This document shows, piece after piece, positions 31,930 to 32,000 of a DNA stretch of 32,000 bases. Every line of letters begins with the position of its first letter. Within the stretch, counting starts at the first letter, position 1. The stretch lies in NCBI GenBank assembly GCA_016700375.1, contig CP065016.1, positions 120,001 through 152,000 on the forward strand, given 5' to 3'. Origin of the DNA: Candidatus Saccharimonadota bacterium. Lineage in GTDB: Bacteria; Patescibacteriota; Saccharimonadia; Saccharimonadales; UBA4665. The translations under genes were made by a program, and so were the position numbers. A model generated the notes under the pieces. That model saw only the letters and a program-made list of their open reading frames with translations, had not been told where the DNA came from and did no database searches.

Positions 31930-32000
31930 ATGGCCAAAACTATTACTGGTGTCGTCACGAGCAATAAGGCCGACAAGACCATTGTCGTCACTGTGCGAGA
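31930..32000 (+). CDS. rpsQ: 30S ribosomal protein S17 (3' end cut by window edge)
   Basis: MAKTITGVVTSNKADKTIVVTVR.. is a typical S17 N-terminus in the expected operon position. Confidence 0.85.
   Translation, partial: MAKTITGVVTSNKADKTIVVTVR

Overview
This window looks like part of a compact bacterial chromosome, possibly CPR/Patescibacteria-like, though that is inference from gene content only. It is dominated by core expression genes on the + strand. These are tig (5' truncated) and clpP, rpoB-rpoC, rpsL-rpsG-fusA, tuf, and an S10-type operon: rpsJ, then rplC-rplD-rplW-rplB-rpsS-rplV-rpsC-rplP-rpmC-rpsQ (3' truncated).

Accessory material is interleaved with these genes:
- An EamA-type transporter.
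- A 4-kb minus-strand block between rpoC and rpsL, holding an mTERF-like repeat protein, a nucleotide-sugar dehydrogenase and a membrane-anchored protein.
- A four-helix-bundle (23S rRNA IVS-type) gene between rpsG and fusA.
- Three paralogous small coiled-coil genes. One is intact with a 21-bp repeat expansion, one is split by a MITE-like palindromic insert with an 8-bp target duplication, and one is frameshifted.
- A J-domain protein.
- A divergent leaderless pair (SAM methyltransferase and a RelA/SpoT-like nucleotidyltransferase) that splits rpsJ from rplC.
- A Cys-rich 114-aa ORF wedged between rplB and rpsS.

The most unusual signal concerns the gene junctions in the rpoBC, str and S10 operons. 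Nine junctions carry a 108-157-nt spacer built from tandem 7-nt units, often folding into long imperfect hairpins; a weaker tenth case lies in the rpsJ leader. Each of the nine contains exactly one stop-free mini-ORF of 37-50 codons (the rpsJ-leader case is 21 codons from GTG). The mini-ORF starts on or next to the upstream stop codon and ends on or next to the downstream start codon (ATGA, TAATG, TAGTG or TGATG overlaps). Its last codons encode the downstream Shine-Dalgarno sequence (CTGAAAGGAG). Heptamer copies that would create an in-frame TGA carry substitutions that remove it. The spacers fall into paralogous pairs. I know of no description of such a system. No rRNA, tRNA or CRISPR array was seen.
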